DNA from: Geopsychrobacteraceae bacterium
GTDB taxonomy: Bacteria > Desulfobacterota > Desulfuromonadia > Desulfuromonadales > Geopsychrobacteraceae
DNA: 64,000 nucleotides
Assembly: GCA_963676795.2 (NCBI GenBank)
Contig: CAXXTB010000001.1
Coordinates: 544,001-608,000 of the forward strand
Direction of reading: 5' to 3'
Shown here: one piece after another, positions 38,050 through 48,104 of the stretch
Position numbering within the stretch: position 1 is the stretch's first letter
Layout of the letters: each line of letters starts with the position of its first letter
Translations under genes and position numbers: made by a program
Notes under the pieces: generated by a model
The model's database searches: none
What the model was told of the DNA's origin: nothing
Seen by the model: only the letters and a program-made list of their open reading frames with translations

Positions 38050-38934
38050 TCAGGCAACCCTGGTCCTGTCAGGGTTGAAACGCAGGCGATAGCTGCAGCG
38101 GCGACACAGTTCTTCTGCAATTCTGTGCTGAATGAAACCGTTGCGGATCTGTTGGGCGCGCGGACCGGCAAGAATGTCGTGAAGCGGGGATTCGTCCAGC
38201 GAGCCGAGCGGCATCTGCCCTTCAAAGTCGAGGCAGCAGGGGACAACGGTACCGTCAACCAGAATGGCGCATTGGTCGCGCAGCCCCTGGCAGGTGCCGA
38301 TGTCGCCTAGGGCTTCAGCATCCATAGATGGCCAGCAGAAGCGCGATGCAAACTGCAGGGAGATGTTGCCGCTCAGTTTGATCATCTCCTTTTCAGCACC
38401 ATCTTCGGCCAGTGCTGCCGGCAGTTCGAAAACCCGTTCCAGCGAGGCGAGGATACGCCGATTCAGCAGCAGGTCTTTCGCGTCGCTGCTCCCCTTGTTC
38501 CACAGGCGCAGAATGACCCATAATTTCTGATCTTGTGCATGTTCAGCAAAGCTCCCGACATGACCGATAAAATCATCAATTTCAGCGGGACTGATATCCT
38601 TAGGCAGACTGTGCAGTGATATGCTGATCTGGCGCAACGCCGGCTTGTCGAGCAGCTTGTCTGCCAGGTCAGGCAGCAGGCGGCCGTTGGTCACCAGGTA
38701 GACGTCGTACTTATAGGGTTCGCACAGTTCAAGAAACTCACCAAGCTGCGGGTGAAGCAGCGGTTCGCCCATGACATGGAAAAAGACCCGTTGAGAGATC
38801 CCCTGAATCTGTCCAAGAATCTCCCGGAACAGCCCGCTGTCCATGAACTGTGGCGGTCTGGTGGTTCTGCCGCAGAAGGAACAGGCCAGGTTGCAGGCGG
38901 TGGTGATTTCGATATAGGTTTTTCGCAGTTTCAC
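38050..38934 (-). CDS. Radical SAM/SPASM-domain protein
   Basis: CNLACSFC, GEPLLHP, C-terminal CQG...DGTVVPCCLD...CRRC. Confidence 0.9.
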   Translation of the reverse strand: MKLRKTYIEITTACNLACSFCGRTTRPPQFMDSGLFREILGQIQGISQRVFFHVMGEPLLHPQLGEFLELCEPYKYDVYLVTNGRLLPDLADKLLDKPALRQISISLHSLPKDISPAEIDDFIGHVGSFAEHAQDQKLWVILRLWNKGSSDAKDLLLNRRILASLERVFELPAALAEDGAEKEMIKLSGNISLQFASRFCWPSMDAEALGDIGTCQGLRDQCAILVDGTVVPCCLDFEGQMPLGSLDESPLHDILAGPRAQQIRNGFIQHRIAEELCRRCSYRLRFNPDRTRVA

Positions 38935-39191
38935 GTTTGTGTCTTTGTTCGTCTCGTCAGTGTAGAGTCCGCGTTAGAGAGTCCGACAGTGTCAGCCATA
39001 AGGGTCAGGTCTGCCCTTGGCTTTTGTAGTGTTGATAAAATACCAGAAATTTTCGAGTTGAAGAAGTTTCTGGCATTTTTTATTCATTTCTCTACGACCA
39101 TTCAAGAGAAAACGGATTGAGAAACTGACAGTTTTGTTGCAGGTTCTTGTCAACGGGACCTGATTTGGCCTTTTGGCAGGCACTGTCCCAG

Positions 39192-39307
39192 TTTTCCCGT
39201 ACGGTAATACATCGCTTGAACGCTAGAAAAACTTAGCCTTTTATCCCGTTCAGTAAAAAGATTTGATAATCCTTCTGTTTTGAAGTAAATTTTACCGAAC
39301 GGTAAAA
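39192..39307. promoter_or_regulatory. Three 18-bp palindromic operators upstream of hipBA
   Basis: TTTTCCCGTACGGTAATA (39192), TTATCCCGTTCAGTAAAA (39241), TTTTACCGAACGGTAAAA (39290). Confidence 0.7.
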
Positions 39308-39317
39308 GGGAGTGGCG

Positions 39318-39557
39318 ATGAGCAATTTAACCTTATCACTGACAGCTGTTTCCAGCTCTGAAATTCTTGGCGCTTTGTTGCGCCGCAAGAGAAAGGCTCA
39401 GGGGCTGACGCTTGAACTGGTGTCGCAGCACAGCGGGTTGAGTATGCGTTTTATCTCCGAGGTTGAGCGGGGGAAAGCGACGGCAGAGATCGGCAAGGTG
39501 CTGCAGTTACTGGCGACCATCGGCATCGATCTTTATGCCGATAGCAGGGAGTCTTAA
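39318..39557 (+). CDS. hipB: HipB-like XRE antitoxin
   Basis: LRRKRKAQGLT...RFISEVERGKATAEIGKVLQLL; alternative GTG start at 39312. Confidence 0.85.
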   Translation: MSNLTLSLTAVSSSEILGALLRRKRKAQGLTLELVSQHSGLSMRFISEVERGKATAEIGKVLQLLATIGIDLYADSRES

Positions 39558-39560
39558 ACC

Positions 39561-40814
39561 ATGCTTGAAAAGCTGATCGCCTATTATGCGGGTGAGCCTG
39601 TCGGGGTTTTGCAGCGTGAAGGGGACAGCTATGTTTTCCAGTATACGCATGACTGGCTTACCGGTGATCTGGCGATTCCGCTCTCGCTTTCACTCCCCTT
39701 GCAGGAAGCTCCTTTTACCGCGGCTCAAACTCAGCCGTTTTTTTCCAACCTGCTGCCGGAAGGGCAATTCCGTGATCACATAGCCGGGAAATACCGGATT
39801 TCGGCGGATGATGATTTTGCTCTGCTTGCGGTGTTGGCCGGAGACTGCGCCGGGGCAATCAGTCTCTGCCCTGAGGGTTCATCTGCTCCGGATCATGGCC
39901 AATATCAGTATCGTCGCCTTTCTGATGATGATCAGCGGCAGATGTTTGACGAAGCCTTCATCATGGACCTGACGTTTCTTTCCCCTCGCGAACAGACCCG
40001 ACTGTCACTGGCCGGAGTGCAGGATAAATTGCCGGTTGCGATTTTTGCTGATCAACTTTTCCTGCCGCTGAACGGCGCACCGAGCAGTCATATCCTCAAG
40101 CCGCAACATCCGCGATGGAAGCATCTGGTCGAGAATGAGACCTTTTGCATGGCTCTGGCCGGGGCCATGGGGCTGAATGTGCCGGATAGTTATATGTTGG
40201 ACGGAGCCGAACGAGCTTATGTTGTGAAACGCTATGATCGCCGGAGTGGGGATAACGGTGAGATCTACCGCATTCATCAGGAAGATTTCTGTCAGGCGCT
40301 TGGTCTCTCTTACCGCAGAAAGTATCAGGAACAGGGCGGACCGGGTTTTAAAGATTGTTTTGCTCTGTTGCAGCGCTGTCAGAACCCGCTGGTTGAGCGG
40401 ATTCGCCTGATCGAGCTTGCTATCTTCAACCTGCTGATCGGCAATAACGATTGTCACGCCAAGAATATTTCATTGCTCTATGCTGCGGGGCGCAATCCAT
40501 CGCTGGCCCCTTTTTATGATCTGGTCTGTGTCGCCGCTTATAATTTACCTGCTGAGATGGCGATGTGTATCGGTGGCGTTTTTCATCCGCGAGATCTGCA
40601 GTTGGAAGCCTGGCAACAGTTTGCCCGTGATATAGGGATGGCTTCGTTAAAACCGCTTCTGTCCACTCTGAAACAGATGGCCACTAAGATTCCCGTGGTG
40701 GCTCATGATGTGGCTGACAAGATGATTCACACGTATGGTGATAGCCCTATTTACCGAGAGATTCACGGACAGATTGAACATCGGGCGGCAGTTGTTCTAC
40801 GCCAGATCGCCTGA
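39561..40814 (+). CDS. hipA: HipA-family kinase toxin
   Basis: FFSNLLPEG, SLAGVQDK, ENE, RYDR, HQEDFCQAL, GNNDCHAKN, LAPFYD. Confidence 0.93.
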   Translation: MLEKLIAYYAGEPVGVLQREGDSYVFQYTHDWLTGDLAIPLSLSLPLQEAPFTAAQTQPFFSNLLPEGQFRDHIAGKYRISADDDFALLAVLAGDCAGAISLCPEGSSAPDHGQYQYRRLSDDDQRQMFDEAFIMDLTFLSPREQTRLSLAGVQDKLPVAIFADQLFLPLNGAPSSHILKPQHPRWKHLVENETFCMALAGAMGLNVPDSYMLDGAERAYVVKRYDRRSGDNGEIYRIHQEDFCQALGLSYRRKYQEQGGPGFKDCFALLQRCQNPLVERIRLIELAIFNLLIGNNDCHAKNISLLYAAGRNPSLAPFYDLVCVAAYNLPAEMAMCIGGVFHPRDLQLEAWQQFARDIGMASLKPLLSTLKQMATKIPVVAHDVADKMIHTYGDSPIYREIHGQIEHRAAVVLRQIA

Positions 40815-40888
40815 CCCTGTTGAAGAGTCTGCCATCAAAAAAGGGGGGGGGGCGACCCTTGGCTTTATTGGAGATTTCTTGATAAACG

Positions 40889-40929
40889 AAAAAGGCTGCA
40901 GATACACATACCGTATCTGCAGCCTTTTT
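40889..40929. terminator. Bidirectional terminator between hipA and rnfE
   Basis: AAAAAGGCTGCAGATAC-N7-GTATCTGCAGCCTTTTT. Confidence 0.85.
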
Positions 40930-40935
40930 ATTTGC

Positions 40936-41526
40936 TCAGCCCTTCTGTCCGCACCTGGTCATCAGCGCCAGCAAGAGCCCCAGGGTGATGAAGGCGCCCG
41001 GTGGCAGGATCATCAGCAGCATCGGCTGGTAGGAACCGCCGAAGATAGTGAAACCCAGGATCGAACCGGCACCGAACAGTTCGCGAACAGCCCCTAAGAT
41101 AAACAGCGCCAGGGTGAAGCCGATCCCCATGCCGACCCCGTCGAAGATCGAACGTAAGGTGCCGTTCTTCGATGCGAAGGCTTCAGCGCGGCCTAAGATC
41201 AGGCAGTTGACGACGATCAGCGGGATAAAGATGCCAAGGGCCTGGTAGAGATCAAAGATCCAGGCTTCCATCGCCAGCTGCACGACGGTGACGAAGGAGG
41301 CGATGATGATGATAAAGGCCGGGATACGCACGCCGGATGGAATCAGCTTTCTAAGTAACGAAACGACGATATTCGAACAGATCAGGACGAAGGTGGTTGC
41401 CAGCCCCATGCCGATGCCGTTTTCAGCACTGGTGGTGACCGCCAGGGTCGGACACATCCCGAGCAGCAGTTTGAAGACGGCGTTCTCGGTCCAGATCCCT
41501 TTGGTAAAATCCTGCATCAGGCTCAT
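40936..41526 (-). CDS. rnfE: Rnf complex subunit E
   Basis: LGMCPTLAVT, IPLIVVNC, GRAEAFA, PPGAF. Confidence 0.95.
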   Translation of the reverse strand: MSLMQDFTKGIWTENAVFKLLLGMCPTLAVTTSAENGIGMGLATTFVLICSNIVVSLLRKLIPSGVRIPAFIIIIASFVTVVQLAMEAWIFDLYQALGIFIPLIVVNCLILGRAEAFASKNGTLRSIFDGVGMGIGFTLALFILGAVRELFGAGSILGFTIFGGSYQPMLLMILPPGAFITLGLLLALMTRCGQKG

Positions 41527-42122
41527 TGGACGCCTCCTTCTGTGATTCTCTGACTGTTGTCACGGTAAAATTCAAGACCGGCCTTGAGCGCTCCGACCAC
41601 GGCGCGTGGCGAGATGGTGGCGCCGGAGATCTGGTCGAACTCGCCGCCGTCCTTCTTGACCCGCCAGTCGGCGTTCTCAAGGCTCTTGCCCCGGAACATC
41701 TCTTTGAACCAGACTTCCGCGATCTTGCTCCCCAGGCCCGGTGTTTCGGCGTGGGTGAGGATCTCGATAGCGTTGATGCTCTGATCCGGTTTCACCCCGA
41801 TCATGATCTCGATATTGCCGCTGTACCCTTCCGGGGCGATCATCTTGAACGCGGTACCGACCAGTTCGTTATTCTTGCGGGCGCGGTAGAAGGTGATAAG
41901 GACCGGATTACCCTTCTTGTCGACGCCGTTCTCAAGAACCACGCTATCGGCGTCGGGGCTGTTATCGAAGTCCGGCAGCACGGCACTTAAGGCTTTGACC
42001 ATCTGCGCCTTGCGCTGGGCGGCGATCGGTTCGCGGGTCGCTTTTTCCACCACCGAGAGGACCAGGCCGGCAATACAGGCGATAAGGGTCAGGGCGACGA
42101 GCAGTTTGATGATGTCTTTCAT
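41523..42122 (-). CDS. rnfG: Rnf complex subunit G
   Basis: GYSGNI, HAETPGLG, FMN site SGATISPRAV. Confidence 0.93.
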   Translation of the reverse strand: MKDIIKLLVALTLIACIAGLVLSVVEKATREPIAAQRKAQMVKALSAVLPDFDNSPDADSVVLENGVDKKGNPVLITFYRARKNNELVGTAFKMIAPEGYSGNIEIMIGVKPDQSINAIEILTHAETPGLGSKIAEVWFKEMFRGKSLENADWRVKKDGGEFDQISGATISPRAVVGALKAGLEFYRDNSQRITEGGVQ

Positions 42123-42134
42123 GAGTCTCTCCCC

Positions 42135-43127
42135 TTAAGCCTTCTGTGGTGCCACCTGTCCGTAGATCTTCGGACGGGTATAGCGGTCGATCAGTGGCGT
42201 GGCGGCGTTCATCAGCAGGATGGCGAAGGAAACCCCTTCCGGGTAGCCGCCGAACAGACGGATCAGCACGGTGAGGATCCCGCAGCCGAAACCGAAGATC
42301 AGCATGCCGCGCCCGGTGACTGGCGTGGTGACCATGTCGGTCGCCATGAAGAAGGCCCCTAACATCAGACCACCGGTGAACAGGTGAAACAGCGGGCTCG
42401 GGTATTTGGTGGGGTCAACCAGCCAGAAGATGCCGCTGAAGATGACGACAGTCAGGATATAGGCGACCGGGGTGTGCCAGCTGATGACCTTTTTAAAGAG
42501 CAGGAACAGCCCGCCGAGCAAGAGGGCAATGGCCGACATCTCCCCCAGAGAGCCGGCGCTGTTGCCGAGGAAGAAGTCGAGCAGACCCGTATGGACAATC
42601 TCAGGCAGCTGGCCGGTGAGCATGACCCCTTCCTTGGCCAGCCCTAAGGGGGTCGCCATGGAGATACCGTCGAGCCTGGTGCTTAAAATCGCAGGCGCCG
42701 TCCAGGCGGTCATCTGCACCGGGAAGGAGATCAAGAGCACAACCCGGGCGACCAGGGCCGGGTTGAACGGGTTACTCCCCAGTCCGCCGTAGACCTGCTT
42801 GCCGATCAGGATGGCGATGGCGGCTCCCAAAAGTGCCAGCCACCAGGGGCTGGTCGGCGGCAGGTTGAGCGCCAGCAGGATGCCGGTCAAGGCGGCGGAG
42901 CCGTCCTTGATGGTGCAGGAGCGTTTCATCGCCTTGTTGGCCAGGGCTTCGAAGACGACGCAGCCGATGGTGCAGATCAGGATAACGATCAATGCCGGCA
43001 GGCCGAAGCTGTAGAGCGAGACGAGCACGGCTGGAACCAGGGCGTAGATGACCAGGCGCATGATCTTGTCGGTGGTCTCGCCGCTGTGAATATGGGGTGA
43101 GGATGACAGATAGAGCTGGTTGTTCAT
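42135..43127 (-). CDS. rnfD: Rnf complex subunit D
   Basis: SSSPHIH, KQVYGGLG.NPFNPA, ATPL, AFFMATD, YPEGVSFA; start at MNNQ. Confidence 0.95.
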   Translation of the reverse strand: MNNQLYLSSSPHIHSGETTDKIMRLVIYALVPAVLVSLYSFGLPALIVILICTIGCVVFEALANKAMKRSCTIKDGSAALTGILLALNLPPTSPWWLALLGAAIAILIGKQVYGGLGSNPFNPALVARVVLLISFPVQMTAWTAPAILSTRLDGISMATPLGLAKEGVMLTGQLPEIVHTGLLDFFLGNSAGSLGEMSAIALLLGGLFLLFKKVISWHTPVAYILTVVIFSGIFWLVDPTKYPSPLFHLFTGGLMLGAFFMATDMVTTPVTGRGMLIFGFGCGILTVLIRLFGGYPEGVSFAILLMNAATPLIDRYTRPKIYGQVAPQKA

Positions 43128-44443
43128 CAGGATTTCCTTCTCTTGGCCATAATGCCGCCCTTGGCGTAGCGGATCGATTGCACCAGCGGCAATGTCGCCG
43201 GGCAGATATAGGTACAGCAGCCGCACTCGATACAGTCGAGGGCGTTAGCTCTTTCGGCTTCGTCGATCAGATCGAGCCTTGCGTAAGCGGCCAGCAGGGT
43301 CGGCTGCAGGTGGATCGGGCAGACACTGACGCAGCGCCCGCAGCGGATACAGGGACCGGCCGGTTTGGTGTCGATATCCTCCTTACGGAAGATCAACAGT
43401 CCGGAGGTGCCGCGGATCGCCGGGGCCTCCAGCGAGAGCTGGGTCTGGCCCATCATCGGCCCGCCCATGATGATCTTGCCCGGCTCACCAACAAGGCCGC
43501 CACACTGGTCGACCAGATGCTGCAAGGGGGTGCCGACGGCGATTTTGAGGTTTTTCGGGTCTTTGATACCGGGGCCGGTGACGGTGGCGATCCGCTCGAC
43601 CAGCGGGTGACCCAGACGGATGGCGTCACTGACAGCGGCGGCGGTCCCGACGTTCTGAACCACGACACCGGCGTCCATCGGCAGGCCACCGGATGGCACC
43701 TGACGGCCGGTGACGGCGTCGATCAGCTGCTTCTCGGCGCCCTGCGGGTATTTGACCTCTAAGGGCACGACCTCGATCTTGTGGGCGATGCATTCCTTGC
43801 CGAGCTTGGCGATGGCGTCCGGCTTGTTCGATTCGATGCCGATGACGGCACGCTCGATGCCAAGCACCTTGCGCAGGATGTTGATCCCGTCGATCAGGCG
43901 CTCACTCTCTTCCAGCATCAGGCGGTGGTCGGCGGTCAGGTATGGCTCACACTCGACGCCGTTGAGAATCAAAGTATCGATCTTCTTGTCGGCCGGTGGC
44001 GAGAGCTTGACGTGGGCCGGAAAGGTGGCACCGCCCAGGCCGACAATACCGCAGGCGAGGATCTTCTTCTTGAGGGCTTCTGCGTCGAGATCGTCGGGGT
44101 TACCGCCTTTAAGGCTTTCATCCCAGGCATCTTCGCCGTCCGGCTTGATGACGACGGCGGGCAGCAGCTTGCCGCTTGGATGCATGCGCGGCTCGACGGC
44201 GATGACTTCGCCTGAGGTCGAGGCATGGATCGGCACCGAGACGAAGCCTTTGGCATTCGCAATGACTGTGCCCTTTTTGACCAGGTCGCCCTTACCCACA
44301 CAGATCTCGGCGGGGGCGCCGATATGCTGCATGGCCGGGATGACCAGTTCTTCGGGCAGCGGGCAAGCTTCAATCGCCTTGTGCTCGGAGTAGCTTTTAC
44401 TGTCGGGTGGATGGAGTCCACCGGCGAAGGTTTTCAGTGACAT
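43127..44443 (-). CDS. rnfC: Rnf complex subunit C
   Basis: QHIGAPA, GLGGATFP, ECEPYLTAD, KYPQGAEK, two ferredoxin motifs. Confidence 0.95.
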   Translation of the reverse strand: MSLKTFAGGLHPPDSKSYSEHKAIEACPLPEELVIPAMQHIGAPAEICVGKGDLVKKGTVIANAKGFVSVPIHASTSGEVIAVEPRMHPSGKLLPAVVIKPDGEDAWDESLKGGNPDDLDAEALKKKILACGIVGLGGATFPAHVKLSPPADKKIDTLILNGVECEPYLTADHRLMLEESERLIDGINILRKVLGIERAVIGIESNKPDAIAKLGKECIAHKIEVVPLEVKYPQGAEKQLIDAVTGRQVPSGGLPMDAGVVVQNVGTAAAVSDAIRLGHPLVERIATVTGPGIKDPKNLKIAVGTPLQHLVDQCGGLVGEPGKIIMGGPMMGQTQLSLEAPAIRGTSGLLIFRKEDIDTKPAGPCIRCGRCVSVCPIHLQPTLLAAYARLDLIDEAERANALDCIECGCCTYICPATLPLVQSIRYAKGGIMAKRRKS

Positions 44444-44458
44444 GGGGGGTACCTCGCT

Positions 44459-45283
44459 TTAAGCGGCGCTATCGGGCTCGACTGCAGTTTTTTGGGCAGG
44501 AGTAGCGTAGTCATGGATACATTTCATCGGGCACTTCCCGATGGCGGCTTCGATCCCTTCCGGCTTCTCGTAGACGACACTGGCCAGGAAGTTCTCGATG
44601 ACATAACCCTCGGGGACGGTCTTCTTGCAGATCATGCAGCCGATACAGCCGACCTGGCAGTATTTGCGAACCAGAGCGCCCTTGTCGTGGCTGTTGCACA
44701 GGACATGGGTGGTGACCGATTTAGGGGCCAGGCTGATGACACCGCGCGGGCAGACGGAGACGCACTTGCCGCAGCCGGTACATTTGTTGCGGTCGACAAC
44801 GGCGAGCCCCTTGTCATTGATATGGATGGCGTCAAAGGGGCAGATCCGCTCGCAGGAACCTAAGCCCAGGCAGCCGCCGGGGCAGGCCTTGGGGCCGTCG
44901 GCGATTTTCTGGGCGGCGTTGCAGTCGGTGAGCCCCAGGTACTGGTACTTAGGCATGGCTTTCTCATTATCCCCCTGGCACTTGACCACGGCGACGACCG
45001 GTTCGGCGGCTGAGGCCTCGATACCAAGGATCACGGCGATGGCGGCAAGCGTGGTGCTGCCGCCCGGGGTACAGAGATTGGGCGCAAGGCGCCCTTCGGC
45101 GACGGCCTTGGCGTAACCGGAGCAGCCGGCCTGGCCGCAGGCCCCGCAGTTGGCCCCAGGCAGGGCGTCTAAGATGGCCGCTTCGCGGGGATCGACCTCA
45201 ACGGCGAATTTCTTGGCGGCAAAGCCTAAGGTCAGTGAGGCGATCAGACCGATGCCGCCGAGGCAGAGTATGGATGTGAGCAT
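44459..45283 (-). CDS. rnfB: Rnf complex subunit B
   Basis: LPGANCGACG..GC, CLGLGSC, CTGCGKCVSVCP. Confidence 0.93.
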   Translation of the reverse strand: MLTSILCLGGIGLIASLTLGFAAKKFAVEVDPREAAILDALPGANCGACGQAGCSGYAKAVAEGRLAPNLCTPGGSTTLAAIAVILGIEASAAEPVVAVVKCQGDNEKAMPKYQYLGLTDCNAAQKIADGPKACPGGCLGLGSCERICPFDAIHINDKGLAVVDRNKCTGCGKCVSVCPRGVISLAPKSVTTHVLCNSHDKGALVRKYCQVGCIGCMICKKTVPEGYVIENFLASVVYEKPEGIEAAIGKCPMKCIHDYATPAQKTAVEPDSAA

Positions 45284-45351
45284 AACGATTGTTCCTCTTG
45301 TGTCCGGAAACGGTCTTTTTACTGTGCTAAGAGATCAGGGGCTCTTTAATG

Positions 45352-45410
45352 CACCCCCCTCAATCCCCCCTATAAAATAGGGGGGAAGCGAGTTTACGAG
45401 CAGGGGGGTC
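45352..45410. repeat. REP-like C/G-run palindrome in the rnfA-rnfB spacer
   Basis: CACCCCCCTCAATCCCCCCTAT-aaa-ATAGGGGGGAAG...AGGGGGG. Confidence 0.5.
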
Positions 45411-45465
45411 TTTCAGCCACAACGAAAAATTGCCCGTTTCCAAGCTAAAATCTATATCAATCAGT

Positions 45466-46047
45466 CTAGCCTTTGACCAGACCGGCAAAACCCATGAAGG
45501 CCAGGGACAACAGACCGGCGGTGACCAGGGCGACGGCGGTGCCACGGAAGCTCTTGGGCACCGGGCTTAAGTCGATCCGCTCTCTAAGACCTGCGAACAG
45601 GACCATGGCCAGGGTGAAGCCAAGCCCGGCACCGATGGCGAAGACGACCGACTCCAGGAAGCTGTAGCTCTTCTGGATATTGAGCACGGCGACACCTAAG
45701 ACCGCACAGTTGGTGGTGATCAGCGGCAGGAAGATGCCGAGCGACTGATACAACACAGGACTCGATTTCTGGATGACCATCTCGACCAGCTGGACCAGCG
45801 AGGCGATGACCAGGATGAAGGCGATGGTCTGCAGGTACTCGATGCCGAAACGCCCCAGGATGAAATACTGGATGAACCAGGTGACGACCGAGGCGACGGT
45901 CATGACGAAGATAACCGCCATCCCCATGCCGAGGGCCGTATCGACCTTCTTCGAGACCCCCAGAAAGGGGCAGATCCCCAAGAAACGGGCCAACACGAAG
46001 TTGTTGACGAAGACGGCGCTGATTAAGATCAGGATCAGGGTTACCAT
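45466..46047 (-). CDS. rnfA: Rnf complex subunit A
   Basis: [36 protein letters not shown]. Confidence 0.95.
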   Translation of the reverse strand: MVTLILILISAVFVNNFVLARFLGICPFLGVSKKVDTALGMGMAVIFVMTVASVVTWFIQYFILGRFGIEYLQTIAFILVIASLVQLVEMVIQKSSPVLYQSLGIFLPLITTNCAVLGVAVLNIQKSYSFLESVVFAIGAGLGFTLAMVLFAGLRERIDLSPVPKSFRGTAVALVTAGLLSLAFMGFAGLVKG

Positions 46048-46497
46048 GCTGTTTGCTCCAGAGTTCAATATATCGGGCAGGTTTCAATAAACGCCCGATG
46101 AATAAAACAATGTTTCCAGTTATTGTCAATGATTTTGAATATATTGGCAGTTCAGCCTGCCGGACCGGATGTGACCAGGAAAAAACAAGTGCTGGTTGTG
46201 ATTGTTGAGCCGGTTTTGCGGGAGGATCTTCGTTGATCAAGCGGGCCTAGCATACGCTGATTTTTAGCCGAGGAAAAGGGTGATTTTCCGGAGAAATTCT
46301 AATTTTAATCTTCATACGGGCTGATCTAGCGGATTTTTCGTCAGGAATTTATCAAGAGGGATGTTGTTTTTTGCAGCTTTTCTTCCTATTTTAACGGTCA
46401 GAGCAGAGTGCTTTATGTGAAGCCGGTCCGGATTGATTCGGGCTCTGCGCTTCTACTGTTCATAGCCACCTGAGACCTCTATTGATACCGGGATCCC

Positions 46498-47118
46498 ATG
46501 CTGCATTTTCTATTGATCGGTGTCCTGTTGGGGCTGACTGCGGGATTTTCTCCGGGGCCTCTGTTGGCGCTTGTTGTTGCCGAGACCCTGAATCACGGGT
46601 TTCGAGCCGGTCTGAGAACCGCGCTGTCGCCACTGGTGACCGATCTGCCGATTGTACTGATCAGCCTGCTGCTGATAAAACCGCTACAAGCTTCAGATCT
46701 TCTGCTTGGCGGGATCTCGCTCTTCGGCGGATGCTTTCTGCTGTTTCTTGGAGTCCAGTGCTTTAAGGCCGGAGATCTGCCGGATGTTGAGAGAGGTTTA
46801 CATAGCAGGTCTTTGCTGAAGGGTGTTTTGACCAATGCCCTGAGTCCCCATCCGTATCTGTTCTGGATCGGAGTCGGTGCTCCGCTGGTCACATCCGCCG
46901 CTGACAGCAGTTATTCAGGTGCTGGCCTGTTGATTGGTGGTTTTTATCTCTGTCTGGTCGGTTCCAAGATTCTGATAGCACTGCTGGTCGAGAGGGGCCG
47001 GTCATTTCTCGGTGGTCGTCTTTATCGCCTGATAATGTTGACTCTCGGAGCGCTGATCATCCTGCTAGCCCTGTTGATGTACCATCGGGGATTGCAATTG
47101 CTGGAGGTGCTCCCCTGA
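46498..47118 (+). CDS. LysE-family translocator
   Basis: GFSPGPLLALVV, TNALSPHPYLFW; hydrophobic. Confidence 0.85.
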   Translation: MLHFLLIGVLLGLTAGFSPGPLLALVVAETLNHGFRAGLRTALSPLVTDLPIVLISLLLIKPLQASDLLLGGISLFGGCFLLFLGVQCFKAGDLPDVERGLHSRSLLKGVLTNALSPHPYLFWIGVGAPLVTSAADSSYSGAGLLIGGFYLCLVGSKILIALLVERGRSFLGGRLYRLIMLTLGALIILLALLMYHRGLQLLEVLP

Positions 47119-47148
47119 TTTCTTCGTATCCGGATTGAGAGGTCTTTC

Positions 47149-47673
47149 ATGGAACATAAGATAGTCGATTCACAGTACATCTCCAAACGCTGCATGGTTT
47201 GCGGTGTCGATAACCCGTTCGGACTTAAGGCTCGTTTTTTCGTCACGGAAGAGAAAGAGCTGGTGGCGCTGGTCACTCTGGATGATCATCATCAGAGTTA
47301 TCCGGGGCTTGCCCATGGCGGGATCTCCGCGGCGCTGCTCGATGAGCTGATCGGCCGGGCGATCATGAACTACTATGATCAGGAAACCTTCGGCGTGACC
47401 CTTGGGCTGGAGATGAAATACCGCCAGCCGGTTCCGCTCGGCGTCGAACTGAAGGCGGTCGGACGGATCACCAGAGACAGCGGGCGGATCTTCTGCGGCA
47501 GCGGCGAGCTCTATCTGCCCGACGGCCGGGTCGCCGTCAGTGCCGAAGGGAAGTATATGCGCCGCAACGTCAAGCAGATCACCGATGACGAGTTTACCGA
47601 GAACGAATGGTTTGCCGATTCGGGCACCCTGCCGGAAACCATCGCCATCGATTCCGGGAGTGCTGCAGAGTGA
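47149..47673 (+). CDS. PaaI-family thioesterase
   Basis: CMVCGVDNPFGL, HQSYPGLAHGGISAALLDE. Confidence 0.88.
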   Translation: MEHKIVDSQYISKRCMVCGVDNPFGLKARFFVTEEKELVALVTLDDHHQSYPGLAHGGISAALLDELIGRAIMNYYDQETFGVTLGLEMKYRQPVPLGVELKAVGRITRDSGRIFCGSGELYLPDGRVAVSAEGKYMRRNVKQITDDEFTENEWFADSGTLPETIAIDSGSAAE

Positions 47674-48083
47674 ATCTGTTTGTCTACGGAACCCTGCTTG
47701 ATCCCGGGATCATGAGGCTCGTCACCGGATCGGACTATAAGCGCAATAGCGCAGTGCTGCCCGGCTATGCCTGCAGAAAGCTGGCCGGTGTGGTCTATCC
47801 GGCTATCGTAGCCTGTCCGGGCGCTTCGTGCGTAGGGGATGTCTGTTTGGGCGTTTTTGCGGAAGATATTCTGTTGTTGGATCGCTACGAGGGGAGTGAG
47901 TACGTGCGCCAGACTGTGGTTGTCGATATGTTAGACGGCAGCCAGACTGAGGCTGAAGCCTATGCTCTTGCTCCTGCTCAGTCCGGCCGTATCCTGGATG
48001 AGCCATGGAGTTTCGACCAGTTCATGGCAATTCACAGGGCTGAATATCTGCGTCAGTTTCAGGATGAAGGAGTTAGTGAGTAA
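47670..48083 (+). CDS. Gamma-glutamylcyclotransferase (AIG2-like)
   Basis: LFVYGTL, YPAI, LDRYEGSEYVR; GTGA overlap. Confidence 0.85.
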   Translation: MNLFVYGTLLDPGIMRLVTGSDYKRNSAVLPGYACRKLAGVVYPAIVACPGASCVGDVCLGVFAEDILLLDRYEGSEYVRQTVVVDMLDGSQTEAEAYALAPAQSGRILDEPWSFDQFMAIHRAEYLRQFQDEGVSE

Positions 48084-48104
48084 ATAAGCTGATATGCTTG
48101 TAGC

